Shown here: piece by piece, positions 19,509-28,749 of the stretch
Layout of the letters: every line of letters starts with the position of its first letter
Position numbering within the stretch: the stretch's first letter is position 1
The notes under the pieces: generated by a model
Told to the model about the DNA's origin: nothing
Database searches by the model: none
Seen by the model: the letters and a program-made list of their open reading frames with translations, nothing else
Translations under genes and position numbers: made by a program
From: Parvularcula marina
GTDB lineage: Bacteria; Pseudomonadota; Alphaproteobacteria; Caulobacterales; Parvularculaceae
NCBI RefSeq assembly: GCF_003399445.1
Contig: NZ_QUQO01000002.1
Coordinates: 316,290-380,289, forward strand
Length of the DNA stretch: 64,000 nucleotides
Direction of reading: 5' to 3'

Positions 19509-20881
19509 CGCCGTTCCACCTTCAGCGGCATCCCGCCTTTGGGGCGCATGGTGATCGCAAGGTAAGGCTCAGGCACAAAGCCCTGCGGCACGGAGAAGCG
19601 GACCTGCCGCATCGTCTCGGCCATCATTGCAATCCCTTCCATCAGGGCAAAGCGCATCCCGATACAGACGCGCGGGCCCCCGCCAAAGGGCAGGTACTGA
19701 TAGCGGTGACGCTCCTTGTCCGTCCCTTGCGCAAATCGGTCGGGCATGAAGCTGTCGGGCTCCTCCCAGAGCAGCTCATGCCGGTGCATCGGATAGACGC
19801 CGATGGAGATATGGTCCTTTGCCTTCACATGCATCGAGCCGAGTTTGGCATCGCGCGTGACGCTGCGCGGGATGATCGGCACGGGCGGGAAGAGGCGCAT
19901 TGATTCCTTGAGCACCGCCTCATGCAGATGGAGCTGCGCGATATGCTCGGCGGTGACCGGCTCGTCGCCTGCAACTGCTGCGACCTCGGCGGCCAACTCA
20001 TCTTGCAGGCTCTTCGAATGGCCGATCAGGTAGAACGTCCAGGAGAGGGCGACGGCAGTCGTCTCATGCCCGGCGCCAACAAAGGTGAGGGCATTATCGA
20101 CGAGTTCTGAAGGCGAGAGCCGGTTGCCGGTCTCGGGGTCTTCGGCGGAGATAAGGAGCCCCATGAGGTCGGTCTCATCGGTTTCGTCCGCCTCGAGTCG
20201 GGTTTTGACGATTTCCTCGGCAAATCCGCGCAAGCGGCCGATCGCGGCCTGACCCTTGGCATAGCCCGGAATGAAAAAGCGGCGCGGCAGGATCTTGCCG
20301 AGGAACGGGAACAGCTCGTGAACCGACAGCCGCCCGATGGTCGACATGAAGAGCGTGATGTCATCGGCAAAGCGGTCCTGCTGATAGCCAATGCGGCTGC
20401 CGCCATGCAGCAGTGTGCGCGCGATCACGTCAAAAGTGGCGAGGGTCGTCTCTGGCGCGACATCAATCGTGCTGCCAGCGGATCGGGCGAGGCGGGCCGC
20501 CATCTCCCGGCCCGCGGTGGTGAAGGTCGGCACGAGGCTGTTGAGCGCCTGCGCCCGGAAAGCGGGGCTCGCAGCGCGCCTTTGGGGGCGCCAGTCGTCC
20601 TTTTCTGCAGTCAGAAGGCCATTCCCGAGGGCGGGGCGTAAGAAGCGCTCGGCATATTCCGAGCGGCCGAAGGTCTCCTGATCCTGGAGAATTTGCTGCG
20701 CGAGTTCCGGGTCCATGATCTGTGCGAACAGCTTGGTGCCGGCTCTGGCCGTTACAACCGGCTGACGAAAATAGGTCGGCGAGTACATCGCCATCGGGTT
20801 CTGAAGGATGCCGAACATACGCCGGATCGGGCGGGTATTGTCGGGTAAGCCGGCGGGAATGGCGGGGGTCAGGGCCTCCAT
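19505..20881 (-). CDS. Cytochrome P450
   Basis: Heme-binding loop FGGGPRVCIGMRFA and the EETTA (AGHETT) I-helix motif. Confidence 0.85.
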   Translation of the reverse strand: MEALTPAIPAGLPDNTRPIRRMFGILQNPMAMYSPTYFRQPVVTARAGTKLFAQIMDPELAQQILQDQETFGRSEYAERFLRPALGNGLLTAEKDDWRPQRRAASPAFRAQALNSLVPTFTTAGREMAARLARSAGSTIDVAPETTLATFDVIARTLLHGGSRIGYQQDRFADDITLFMSTIGRLSVHELFPFLGKILPRRFFIPGYAKGQAAIGRLRGFAEEIVKTRLEADETDETDLMGLLISAEDPETGNRLSPSELVDNALTFVGAGHETTAVALSWTFYLIGHSKSLQDELAAEVAAVAGDEPVTAEHIAQLHLHEAVLKESMRLFPPVPIIPRSVTRDAKLGSMHVKAKDHISIGVYPMHRHELLWEEPDSFMPDRFAQGTDKERHRYQYLPFGGGPRVCIGMRFALMEGIAMMAETMRQVRFSVPQGFVPEPYLAITMRPKGGMPLKVERR

Positions 20882-21024
20882 GGCGTCCTCCAGAATGTTG
20901 ATTCCACATATAGGGATAGTTGTGGTTAAGTTCAGAGGCTAACCTGATCTGGCTTGCACCTTTCAGTTCTGAAGGGTTACCATATAACTAGTCTCGGGCG
21001 GGGGCCCAAAAGGGGGGGCATGGC

Positions 21025-22005
21025 ATGCGGTTACGGGGGATCACCCTCAGCATGATGGCAGCGATAGCGGCTTTGCCCGCTATGGGCGCTGTCTCATCCG
21101 CCGCGGCTCAGAACCCGCCGCCCTTTGTTGAATGCCGGAACGAGCTTGATACCTTCCAGAATGGTCGAGACACCGCATTGAGCGGGGTGCCTTGGGCGCA
21201 GGCCCAGAATATGGGCACGCCGCTGCGGCGCAAATGCTCTTTGCTCGGATGGTATGAAGGGATGAATGATTTCTGCTCCGAGCGTCTGCAACTGGTTGCC
21301 GGCCGGAACCGTCAGCACGGGCTGGAGCTTTGTCTTTACAAAAACACGCGCGCCGCGATGAAAGGCCGCGCTGTCGGCATGGATGCGCTGATAGAAATGA
21401 TGGGTGCGGTCGATATGGCCTCTCCCGCTGCGCCGCTGGGGCTCGCTGCCGCCAAAAAGAAATATTCTGCGAAGACGGAAGATAGCGGTTCGCTGGCCTA
21501 TAAGATCGATCAGGAGATCAAAGCGCTCGGGATGGATCCGGCCTGTCCGGCGACGGAGGATGACGCGAACTTCCCGCCGCTGATCGGCTCGTCTGACGAA
21601 CGCCGCTATGGCGTTCTTTGCCACATGAAAGATATTCGCGCCGCTGCGGAGGCGTCGCTGGGGCAAATGCCATACGCCAAGCTTCATGCAACGCATAAGA
21701 TCGGGTTCAACTATTCGGAAGCCGAGAACAATCTGCAGATCGAAAAAGCGAATGTCGCGTCGATCCGTGATCTGATCAACCGAAATGAGGCGCAGACATC
21801 CGCCCTTTACCGGCAGCGTAACGATACGACGAATGCACGCCGTTATCAGGAACTCACCCGGCAGATCGAAGAACTTGAAAGCCGGGTTGGCGGATTACGC
21901 CTCTCGCTTGAAAACGCGGTCGATCGCGAGAATGAGGCGAACCGGAGATACAAGGCCGCTCAACAGGCCTATGAACAGAAACGCGTCGCACTCGAGCGGA
22001 GCTGA
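21025..22005 (+). CDS. Secreted hypothetical protein, Cys-containing N-terminal half with C-terminal coiled coil
   Basis: Signal peptide (AALPAMGAVSSAAAQ), eight Cys residues, and C-terminal heptad-like Q/E/R-rich segments. I recognise no family. Confidence 0.45.
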   Translation: MRLRGITLSMMAAIAALPAMGAVSSAAAQNPPPFVECRNELDTFQNGRDTALSGVPWAQAQNMGTPLRRKCSLLGWYEGMNDFCSERLQLVAGRNRQHGLELCLYKNTRAAMKGRAVGMDALIEMMGAVDMASPAAPLGLAAAKKKYSAKTEDSGSLAYKIDQEIKALGMDPACPATEDDANFPPLIGSSDERRYGVLCHMKDIRAAAEASLGQMPYAKLHATHKIGFNYSEAENNLQIEKANVASIRDLINRNEAQTSALYRQRNDTTNARRYQELTRQIEELESRVGGLRLSLENAVDRENEANRRYKAAQQAYEQKRVALERS

Positions 22006-22028
22006 CGCGCAGCGGAAATCCCGGACAT

Positions 22029-22058
22029 GAAAAAGCCCCGCCGAAGCGGGGCTTTTTG
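22029..22058. terminator. Bidirectional rho-independent terminator
   Basis: AAAAAGCCCCGC-CGAA-GCGGGGCTTTTT, a perfect 7-bp GC stem flanked by an A-run and a T-run, between convergent genes. Confidence 0.75.
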
Positions 22059-22073
22059 TTGTCTCAGGGAAGC

Positions 22074-22256
22074 TTAGCGGCCGTCCGGGTCGGTCGCATC
22101 TTCCAGATCGTCCGCCATATCTTCGGCAGCATCTTCCATCTCGTCGCCGACTTCATCGATGGCATCTTCGAGATCATCCGGTTCGTCATTGCCGCAGGCA
22201 GCGAGCGGAAGGGCGAAAAGAGCGGCGAGGGCCGCAAGAGTGATTTTTTTGGACAT
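22074..22256 (-). CDS. Small, highly acidic lipoprotein (60 aa)
   Basis: Lipobox LAACG, then a D/E-rich tail (DEPDDLEDAIDEVGDEMEDAAEDMADDLEDA). Confidence 0.5.
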   Translation of the reverse strand: MSKKITLAALAALFALPLAACGNDEPDDLEDAIDEVGDEMEDAAEDMADDLEDATDPDGR

Positions 22257-22325
22257 CGTCGGTTCCTTTCAAGGTTCGCTCATGGTGAACGAGCCAGCTC
22301 CGAGATGGTTCCATCTTTCAACCGA

Positions 22326-24227
22326 TCAGTTGAGCCCAGCCTCCGAAACTGCGGTTTCATAGGCTTCTGAGCGTTCGAGCCACAACTCTTCGAGCTCACT
22401 CTGGCGTTCAATTGCGCGGGCGCGCATCTGGCCGAGCTTTGCCGCTCGTTCGGCATCGGTCGTGAACAGCGTGGGGTCGGCGAGGGCGGTATCGAGCTTC
22501 TCGATTTCGGCGGTCACCTCTTCGAGGCTCTTTTCGGCCTTCCGAACTTCGTCTCGCATGGGTTGGAGCGCTTTTCGCCGTTCAGCAGCGAGGCGGCGGG
22601 CCTCGGCCGGATTGACGGCAGGTTTTGTTTCTTCGGGCGGCGGCGTTCTGTCGCCCGAGCTTTTGGCGGCAGCGAGGATACGCGCGCGGTAATCATCGAT
22701 ATCCTCATCGAGCTCACGGACCGAACCGCCATGGACTTCCCACAAGGTGTCGGCGGTCGCTTCCGCCAGGTGCGCATCGTGGGTGATCAGCAGGACTGCG
22801 CCCTGATATCGCGCCAGCGCCTCGATCAGCGCATCGCGGCTGTCGATATCAAGGTGGTTGGTCGGCTCGTCGAGGATCATCATATGCGGCCCGTCAAAAG
22901 CCATCAGCCCAAAGAGGAGTCGCGCCTTCTCACCGCCCGAAAGGTTCTCGACCTTGGTCTCCGCCTTGTCATGACCGAAGCCGAGCGCGGCTGTCCGTGA
23001 GCGGACTTGCGCCTCTGTGCCATCCGGCATCAGCGCGCGGACATGGTTGAGCGGCGTGTCCTTGGGGTTCACCTCATCAAGCTGATGCTGGGCAAAGTAG
23101 GCGATCTTGAGTTTCTTGTGATTGCGGACATGTCCATCGAGCGGGGCCAGACGTCCGGCAATCGCCTTGACCAAAGTTGACTTGCCCTCGCCATTGGGGC
23201 CGAGGATGCCGATCCGGTCGTCATTGTCGATCCGTATATTGAGGTTTTTGAGAACCACATGATCGCCATAGCCGAGGGTTGCATTCTCCAGCCGCACGAT
23301 GGGCGGCGCCATCACGGGTTTGGGATCGGGGAACTGGAAGGGGATCGTGCGTTCCTCGATCGGGATGTCGACAGTCTCCAGTTTTTCAAGCGCTTTGATG
23401 CGGCTTTGCGCCTGCCGGGCTTTTGATGCCTTGGCGCGGAAGCGTTCGACGAAAGCTTCCATGTGTTTGCGAGCGGCTTCGGTTTTTTGTGCCTGCGCGG
23501 CGGCAAGGCGGCGCTGCTCTACGCGCTTGCGGACGAAATTGTCATAATTGCCGGGATGGATGTCGAGCTTGCCATTCTCAAGGCTGAGGATGTGGCTGAC
23601 CGAACGGTTGAGCAGCTCGCGGTCGTGGCTGATCACCAGTGCCGTATAAGGATATTTCTTGAGATAGCTCTCAAGCCACACTGCGCCCTCAAGGTCGAGA
23701 TAGTTGGTCGGCTCATCGAGCAGGAGGAGGTCGGGTTTAGCGAACAAGACACCCGCCAAGGCAACGCGCATCCGCCAGCCGCCTGAAAACTCCGCACAGG
23801 GCTTTTTCTGCTCCGCCGCGCTGAAGCCGAGCCCGGCGAGGACCGTTGCGGCGCGCGCTTCGGCGGAATGCGCTTCGATATCGGCGAGTCGCGTCTGGAT
23901 ATTGGCGATCTCATGGGGATCGGTCTCGATCTCGGCGCGGGCGAGGAGGGAAGCGCGCTCTTCATCGGCGAGGAGGACAGTGTCGAGCAGGCTGTCCTGC
24001 GTTGCCGGCGCTTCTTGTGCGACCCCGCCAATTCGCCGTCCCTGATTGATGGAGACAGAGCCGTCATCAGGACTGATCTCGTCACGGATCAGCCGGAAGA
24101 GCGTCGATTTGCCCGTTCCGTTGCGGCCGGTGAAGCCTACGATCCATCCATCGGCGACCATCGCGGTCGCCTGATCGAACAAAACCCGGCCTTCGATCCG
24201 GTAGGTGAGGTCATTGATATGCAGCAT
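22326..24227 (-). CDS. ABC-F family ATPase (Uup/EttA-like translation factor)
   Basis: Two ABC domains with duplicated Walker A (GRNGTGKST and GPNGEGKST) and duplicated LSGG signatures. No TM helices, and a C-terminal coiled-coil extension. Confidence 0.85.
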   Translation of the reverse strand: MLHINDLTYRIEGRVLFDQATAMVADGWIVGFTGRNGTGKSTLFRLIRDEISPDDGSVSINQGRRIGGVAQEAPATQDSLLDTVLLADEERASLLARAEIETDPHEIANIQTRLADIEAHSAEARAATVLAGLGFSAAEQKKPCAEFSGGWRMRVALAGVLFAKPDLLLLDEPTNYLDLEGAVWLESYLKKYPYTALVISHDRELLNRSVSHILSLENGKLDIHPGNYDNFVRKRVEQRRLAAAQAQKTEAARKHMEAFVERFRAKASKARQAQSRIKALEKLETVDIPIEERTIPFQFPDPKPVMAPPIVRLENATLGYGDHVVLKNLNIRIDNDDRIGILGPNGEGKSTLVKAIAGRLAPLDGHVRNHKKLKIAYFAQHQLDEVNPKDTPLNHVRALMPDGTEAQVRSRTAALGFGHDKAETKVENLSGGEKARLLFGLMAFDGPHMMILDEPTNHLDIDSRDALIEALARYQGAVLLITHDAHLAEATADTLWEVHGGSVRELDEDIDDYRARILAAAKSSGDRTPPPEETKPAVNPAEARRLAAERRKALQPMRDEVRKAEKSLEEVTAEIEKLDTALADPTLFTTDAERAAKLGQMRARAIERQSELEELWLERSEAYETAVSEAGLN

Positions 24228-24272
24228 GGAACGGGGCCGATAGCAGGCCTTGCCCCGCGGTAGAAGACCCCG

Positions 24273-25277
24273 TCAGGAAAGCGTGCGGGCGAGCATCTGA
24301 CGGAGTTGCTGGCGCTGGACCGGGGTGAGGTCACCGAAGAAGCCGCGCGCGTGTTCAGGCAGATGCGCCATCGGGTCACCATTCTGCCCGAAGATGTAAT
24401 GATCGAAGATCTCCCGCCAGGCGAGGCGCTCGGTCTCAGGCATTTCCTTTAAGGTGAGGAGCGCATGATAGAGCGCGAATTTCGGGGTGACGAGATGGTC
24501 CGGCCCCTCGCGCCACCAGTAATTGATCATCATACCGATGGGTTCAAGCGACTCAACGTGATGAAACCACATGCTGGGCAGATAAAGCGCGTCACCGGGG
24601 CCAAGCTCGCCCAATTGCGCATGTTCCAGCGCCTCGGCGAATTTCGGGAAGCGGGTCAGATCGGGCGCGTGGAAATTGACAAGGCTGATCGCCTGCCCTG
24701 CAGGGGTCATCTCCTGTGGCCCGATATAGAGATTGCCGATCTGGTCGGTCGGAAAAAGAGTGAAGCGCCGCCGCCCCGCAATCACGCAAGCTAAATTCTG
24801 CGGCAAATCATAATGCGCAGCCGTTCGTGTACGGTTCCCGATCCACATCTGGACCAGCATGTCCTCTTTCGGGTCGTGATAGGGCGAGACAAGCTGTTCC
24901 TTGATCGGCGCAAGTCCGCCTTCCAGCCTGACCGCTCCGGCAAAAAATGAGGGCGGGTTTTCCTCCGCCTCGTGATGAAGAAGGAGGTTGACGTAATTCT
25001 GCAGGGTCAGCTTGCGCTTCTCGAAATTGAAACCGGAGAAATCATCCCGGTAATTGAAGCGGCCTTTCAGGGATGCATCCCCGAAAAAGGCTTCGATCTC
25101 TTGCCCGGGGGCGAGAGCGGCAAGGGCTTTGAGCGCATCGGCGGAGGATGCTTTGGCTGTCTTGACGAGATCCCACCCATCGACGGCTCCGCGAATGATG
25201 ACGGGTTGATAGTCTTGCGCAATGCCGCCGCGGAAATCCGCAACTTCTTTGGCGTCAATGATCCGTATTGGCTGCAC
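24273..25277 (-). CDS. Cupin/JmjC-like domain protein
   Basis: ~330 aa with a His/Asp-containing beta-barrel region (HYDLPQN...FHAPD) resembling JmjC-type cupins. This is a weak family-level call. Confidence 0.45.
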   Translation of the reverse strand: MQPIRIIDAKEVADFRGGIAQDYQPVIIRGAVDGWDLVKTAKASSADALKALAALAPGQEIEAFFGDASLKGRFNYRDDFSGFNFEKRKLTLQNYVNLLLHHEAEENPPSFFAGAVRLEGGLAPIKEQLVSPYHDPKEDMLVQMWIGNRTRTAAHYDLPQNLACVIAGRRRFTLFPTDQIGNLYIGPQEMTPAGQAISLVNFHAPDLTRFPKFAEALEHAQLGELGPGDALYLPSMWFHHVESLEPIGMMINYWWREGPDHLVTPKFALYHALLTLKEMPETERLAWREIFDHYIFGQNGDPMAHLPEHARGFFGDLTPVQRQQLRQMLARTLS

Positions 25278-25342
25278 CGGCCCTGATCCTCCTCAAGGCC
25301 GGCAAACTGGCATCCGTTCGGGGTGAGCGCAATGCGCCCCGC

Positions 25343-25729
25343 TCAGATGGCCCAGCCGAAGGGGCCATTATAGGGCTGGCCATTGCTTGAGGCCTGCACC
25401 CCGCGAATGCAGCGGACGAGCGTCCAGACCCATATGTAAAGGAGTGCAAGGCCACCGATCAGCAGGCCGACAAATCCGATCAGAATGACCGTGAGGACTG
25501 CCGAAACTCCCATGAAAATCCAGATGATGAGACCCATCAGGAAGACACGCCAGAAAATCGCGATCTGGTGATCATAATGGCTGCGGGAAGTCGCATCCGC
25601 GCCATCACGCGACAGATAGGCGATAATCACGCCGATAAAGAACGGCACGCCGGTAAAAAGCGCGATGAAATAAAGGGCATAAACCAAAGTCGGTGTGCCC
25701 GTGGCGGATGATGTCTGTACCTCGTTCAT
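25343..25729 (-). CDS. Small integral membrane protein (DUF4870-like)
   Basis: 128 aa with three predicted TM helices. The start MNEVQT is preferred over the longer track ORF. Confidence 0.4.
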   Translation of the reverse strand: MNEVQTSSATGTPTLVYALYFIALFTGVPFFIGVIIAYLSRDGADATSRSHYDHQIAIFWRVFLMGLIIWIFMGVSAVLTVILIGFVGLLIGGLALLYIWVWTLVRCIRGVQASSNGQPYNGPFGWAI

Positions 25730-25790
25730 AAGAAAAACGTAGGAACGGCCCGCCCGGACGACAAGGCCGGGCGGGTATTCCTTGCCTCGC

Positions 25791-26348
25791 TCAGTCTTCA
25801 AACCCGCTGAGTTGGCCGGTAAACCGGGTGCCGTATTCCATCTCTTTCGCCTGATGCGTGCTCCAGAATGGGTCTGGAATCTGCCCGGCAAGATGCGCTT
25901 CGAGAATATCGAGATGTGTGTGCCATCCGCCTGAAGCGCCGAGTAGGTCAGATCTCGTCAGAATACCGCTGTGTTTAAGGTCGAGCTGTACCCGGCCGTC
26001 CTCCATTTCGCTCAGGCGGATGTCGACATATGTCTCACCGCCATTTCGTTCTGGCCAGGTGAAGGCAAGATGATGGGGCGGGTCAAAGGCTTTGACTTTC
26101 CCGTCAAAGGCAGTGCCTTCGTCGCCGCAAGAGCCCTCTGGCGCTTCTTCCTTATGCGGTGTGAGATCGTCGTGATTGAAGCGAAACTCGATTGTGTCGC
26201 CCGCCGCTGTGCCGGTTTTGCCCGCAGCCAGCCATTTTGCACGTTTGTCTTCTTCGGTGATGAAGGCCCATACCCGCTCAATGGGCCCCGGCAGAATGCG
26301 GGTAAAGCAGAGAGCTTTGTCGTCATTGATATGTCCGTAGCCGGTCAT
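25791..26348 (-). CDS. SRPBCC/AHSA1 (activator of Hsp90 ATPase homolog)-like domain protein
   Basis: Matches the START/Bet v1-like fold family. It overlaps the upstream arsR-family gene by 4 bp. Confidence 0.6.
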   Translation of the reverse strand: MTGYGHINDDKALCFTRILPGPIERVWAFITEEDKRAKWLAAGKTGTAAGDTIEFRFNHDDLTPHKEEAPEGSCGDEGTAFDGKVKAFDPPHHLAFTWPERNGGETYVDIRLSEMEDGRVQLDLKHSGILTRSDLLGASGGWHTHLDILEAHLAGQIPDPFWSTHQAKEMEYGTRFTGQLSGFED

Positions 26349-26680
26349 TTTCTCTTCTCCTCATCATCTTCGAACAGGGCTTTTTCAAGATCGTTGAGCC
26401 GTGCATTCCAGAACACTGCCTGTTCTGCGAACCAGTCAGCGGCTTCTTCCATGGGATCGGGATTCGCGGAGATGAAATGCGCGCGGCCTTCTTTCCGCCT
26501 GCGGATCAGGCCGGCACTCTCCAGCACTTTCACGTGTTTCGAGATTGCATTGAAAGAGACGTCGAAGGGAGAGGCGAGTTCGGTGATCCGGCGCTCGCCG
26601 CCTTTGAGGTCTTCGAGCATCGCCCGCCGTGTCGGATCGGCGAGGGCGGCAAGGGTTTTGTCGAGGGACATCAGTAATTC
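26345..26680 (-). CDS. ArsR/SmtB family transcriptional regulator
   Basis: Winged-HTH region ALADPTRRAMLEDL...ELASPFDVSFNAISKHVKVLESAGLI. The MSLDKT start is chosen over the longer ORF. Confidence 0.8.
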   Translation of the reverse strand, partial: ELLMSLDKTLAALADPTRRAMLEDLKGGERRITELASPFDVSFNAISKHVKVLESAGLIRRRKEGRAHFISANPDPMEEAADWFAEQAVFWNARLNDLEKALFEDDEEKRK

Positions 26681-26681
26681 T

Positions 26682-26740
26682 TTCAACTTGGTGGTTGAGT
26701 AACATGAGCGACAAATAAACTCAACCAATAAGTTGAGTAA
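26682..26740. promoter_or_regulatory. Two tandem dyad-symmetric sites (TCAAC-N6-GTTGAGTAA), a candidate ArsR operator
   Basis: The first copy is TCAACttggtgGTTGAGTAA at 26682-26700. The second is CTCAACcaataaGTTGAGTAA at 26717-26739, where CTCAAC/GTTGAG is a perfect 6-bp inverted repeat. Both lie directly 5' of the arsR start. Confidence 0.55.
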
Positions 26741-26831
26741 TGGCGGCAGGCCTTGGTGACCACGCCCGACACATGGCAATTTCTATGCTCAGCCGGCATT
26801 TCGCCGGGCTTCTCATCCACGGGGATAGATC

Positions 26832-27311
26832 ATGAAGAAACTCAAGAGATCCGTAGGCGTTGCACTCGGCCTTCTGGCAGGTGGGGCGGCCATGGCCGGA
26901 ACCAGCGCCTCCGCACAGGAATGCTACCTTGGCGAGATCGGCATGTTTGCAGGGAATTTCACGCCCCGGAACTGGCTGCCGGCGGATGGCCGCATGATGG
27001 ATATTTCCCAGAACACCGCGCTCTTCTCGCTTCTGGGTACGATTTATGGCGGCGATGGCCGCACGACATTCGCGCTGCCGGATCTGCGCGGGCGCAGCCC
27101 CGTCGGTTATGGGCAGGGGCCGGGCCTGTCAGATCGCCGGGTGGGCAGCAAGGCAGGGGCCGAAGTGGTCACGCCGCCAAGCGCTTCAATTGAGACAGCT
27201 CCCGGCAATGATCCGGTCGTTGTCGGCGGCGCGCCGATCATGACGGCGCCCCCAACGCTTGCAATCGGCTATCAGATATGTGTGGCCGGATATTATCCGA
27301 GCCGCAATTAG
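26832..27311 (+). CDS. Secreted phage tail-collar domain protein (MdpB-like)
   Basis: Signal peptide followed by [23 protein letters not shown]...[13 protein letters not shown]...[13 protein letters not shown], the tail-collar fibre motif. Confidence 0.7.
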   Translation: MKKLKRSVGVALGLLAGGAAMAGTSASAQECYLGEIGMFAGNFTPRNWLPADGRMMDISQNTALFSLLGTIYGGDGRTTFALPDLRGRSPVGYGQGPGLSDRRVGSKAGAEVVTPPSASIETAPGNDPVVVGGAPIMTAPPTLAIGYQICVAGYYPSRN

Positions 27312-27406
27312 CCCAAGGGAAAAGCGCGGCCTGCCTTGCTCTTGGGGCAGGCCGTTGTTATGCGCCGCGGAAATTTTTGCTCCCTCCAATAAGGAAAGAC
27401 CGAACC

Positions 27407-27829
27407 ATGGCGCTGCAACGCACCTTCTCCATCATCAAACCCGACGCCACCCGCCGCAATCTGACCGGCAAGATCATTGAAAAGTTCGAAGAGGGCGGCC
27501 TGCGCGTCGTAGCTTCCAAGCGCATTCACATGACCGAAGAGCAGGCCAAGCAGTTCTACGCTGTCCATGCCGAGCGTCCTTTCTATATGGACCTCGTCAA
27601 CTTCATGATTTCCGGCCCGGTCGTCGTTCAGGTTCTCGAAGGCGAAGACGCCATCGCGAAGAACCGTGAGATCATGGGCGCGACCAACCCGGCCGATGCT
27701 GCACCGGGCACGATCCGCAAGGAATTCGCTGAGTCGATCGAAGCCAACTCGGTTCATGGCTCTGACGGCCCGGACACAGCCAAGGAAGAGATCGCGTTCT
27801 TCTTCTCTGACGACGAAATCGTCGGCTAA
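27407..27829 (+). CDS. ndk: Nucleoside diphosphate kinase
   Basis: 140 aa from TFSIIKPD...NSVHGSD, with the active-site His region conserved. Confidence 0.95.
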   Translation: MALQRTFSIIKPDATRRNLTGKIIEKFEEGGLRVVASKRIHMTEEQAKQFYAVHAERPFYMDLVNFMISGPVVVQVLEGEDAIAKNREIMGATNPADAAPGTIRKEFAESIEANSVHGSDGPDTAKEEIAFFFSDDEIVG

Positions 27830-27861
27830 GCGCTCTCCGACACATTTTTCATGAATGCGGA

Positions 27862-27890
27862 AAAGGCGTCTCTTTTGAGGCGCCTTTTTT
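27862..27890 (+). terminator. Rho-independent terminator after ndk
   Basis: AGGCGTCTC-TTTTGA-GGCGCCT hairpin followed by TTTTTT. Confidence 0.6.
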
Positions 27891-28076
27891 CGTTCGTTCA
27901 AAAATAAATTAGCAGAAACAGTAAGTTAAAATAGGCACAGAACAAAATACATACGGAATCGGGGCTAAGCTGAGGCGCAGATTCCACGAGAAAACCTTAA
28001 TGCATGTGATCCCTGTCACATTGATGTCCCGGGAAGCGAACTATCTTTTGATCATCGAAGGGAAGGAGCCCTGACC

Positions 28077-28604
28077 ATGAAAAAGTTTGTTCCTGCCGGC
28101 CTCGCCGCCACCGCGCTGCTGATTGGTGCCGCAACGACCGCCAGCCCGATGAAAGGCGCGTTCAACCACGCATTCGGTGTGGCCGCGACTTCTGTGACGG
28201 CGACCGACATTGAAACTGACGCCAAGGCGCTCTTCGCCAAGGTCGATATTGACCGCTCGGGCACGCTAGACGCCGATGAGTTCGCCGGCCACGCGCTGGT
28301 CCTGGCAGAGCTTGCCCGCTTCAACCGCACGGTGACCATCGAAGGCGAGAGCGAGATGCAGATCCGCCTGCCGGACGGCACACCGGAGGAAGTCAGCCAC
28401 ACAGAGCGCGGCTCGATCGATGCCGTTGCCCGCCGGGCTTTCCATCAGTTCGCCGATAATGGCGAGATGAGTGAAGAGGGCTTCACCGCCTATCGTCTCT
28501 CGATGATGGACAAGGCCGATACCAATCGTGACGGCACGCTGAAAAGTCACGAGCTTGAACGCTTTGCCTCCGCCATGGCGCGCCCGGCCCAGCCGCGGGG
28601 GTAA
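28077..28604 (+). CDS. Secreted EF-hand calcium-binding protein
   Basis: Signal peptide and two EF-hand loops (DIDRSGTLDADE and DTNRDGTLKSHE). Confidence 0.7.
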   Translation: MKKFVPAGLAATALLIGAATTASPMKGAFNHAFGVAATSVTATDIETDAKALFAKVDIDRSGTLDADEFAGHALVLAELARFNRTVTIEGESEMQIRLPDGTPEEVSHTERGSIDAVARRAFHQFADNGEMSEEGFTAYRLSMMDKADTNRDGTLKSHELERFASAMARPAQPRG

Positions 28605-28640
28605 TTCGTCCGTTCCCTTCAAGGGGATGTGATTGAGCAA

Positions 28641-28672
28641 GGCGTATCGTTGCCCCACGATGCGCCTTTTTC
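28641..28672 (+). terminator. Rho-independent terminator after the EF-hand gene
   Basis: GGCGTATCG-loop-CGATGCGCC hairpin followed by TTTTT. Confidence 0.5.
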
Positions 28673-28749
28673 TTGTGCCTATCCGCCTGGACAACTTTTG
28701 CTATAGTGTGATCGTTCGCCCGGGACACGGAAGATGAGGTTGGCTCGGC

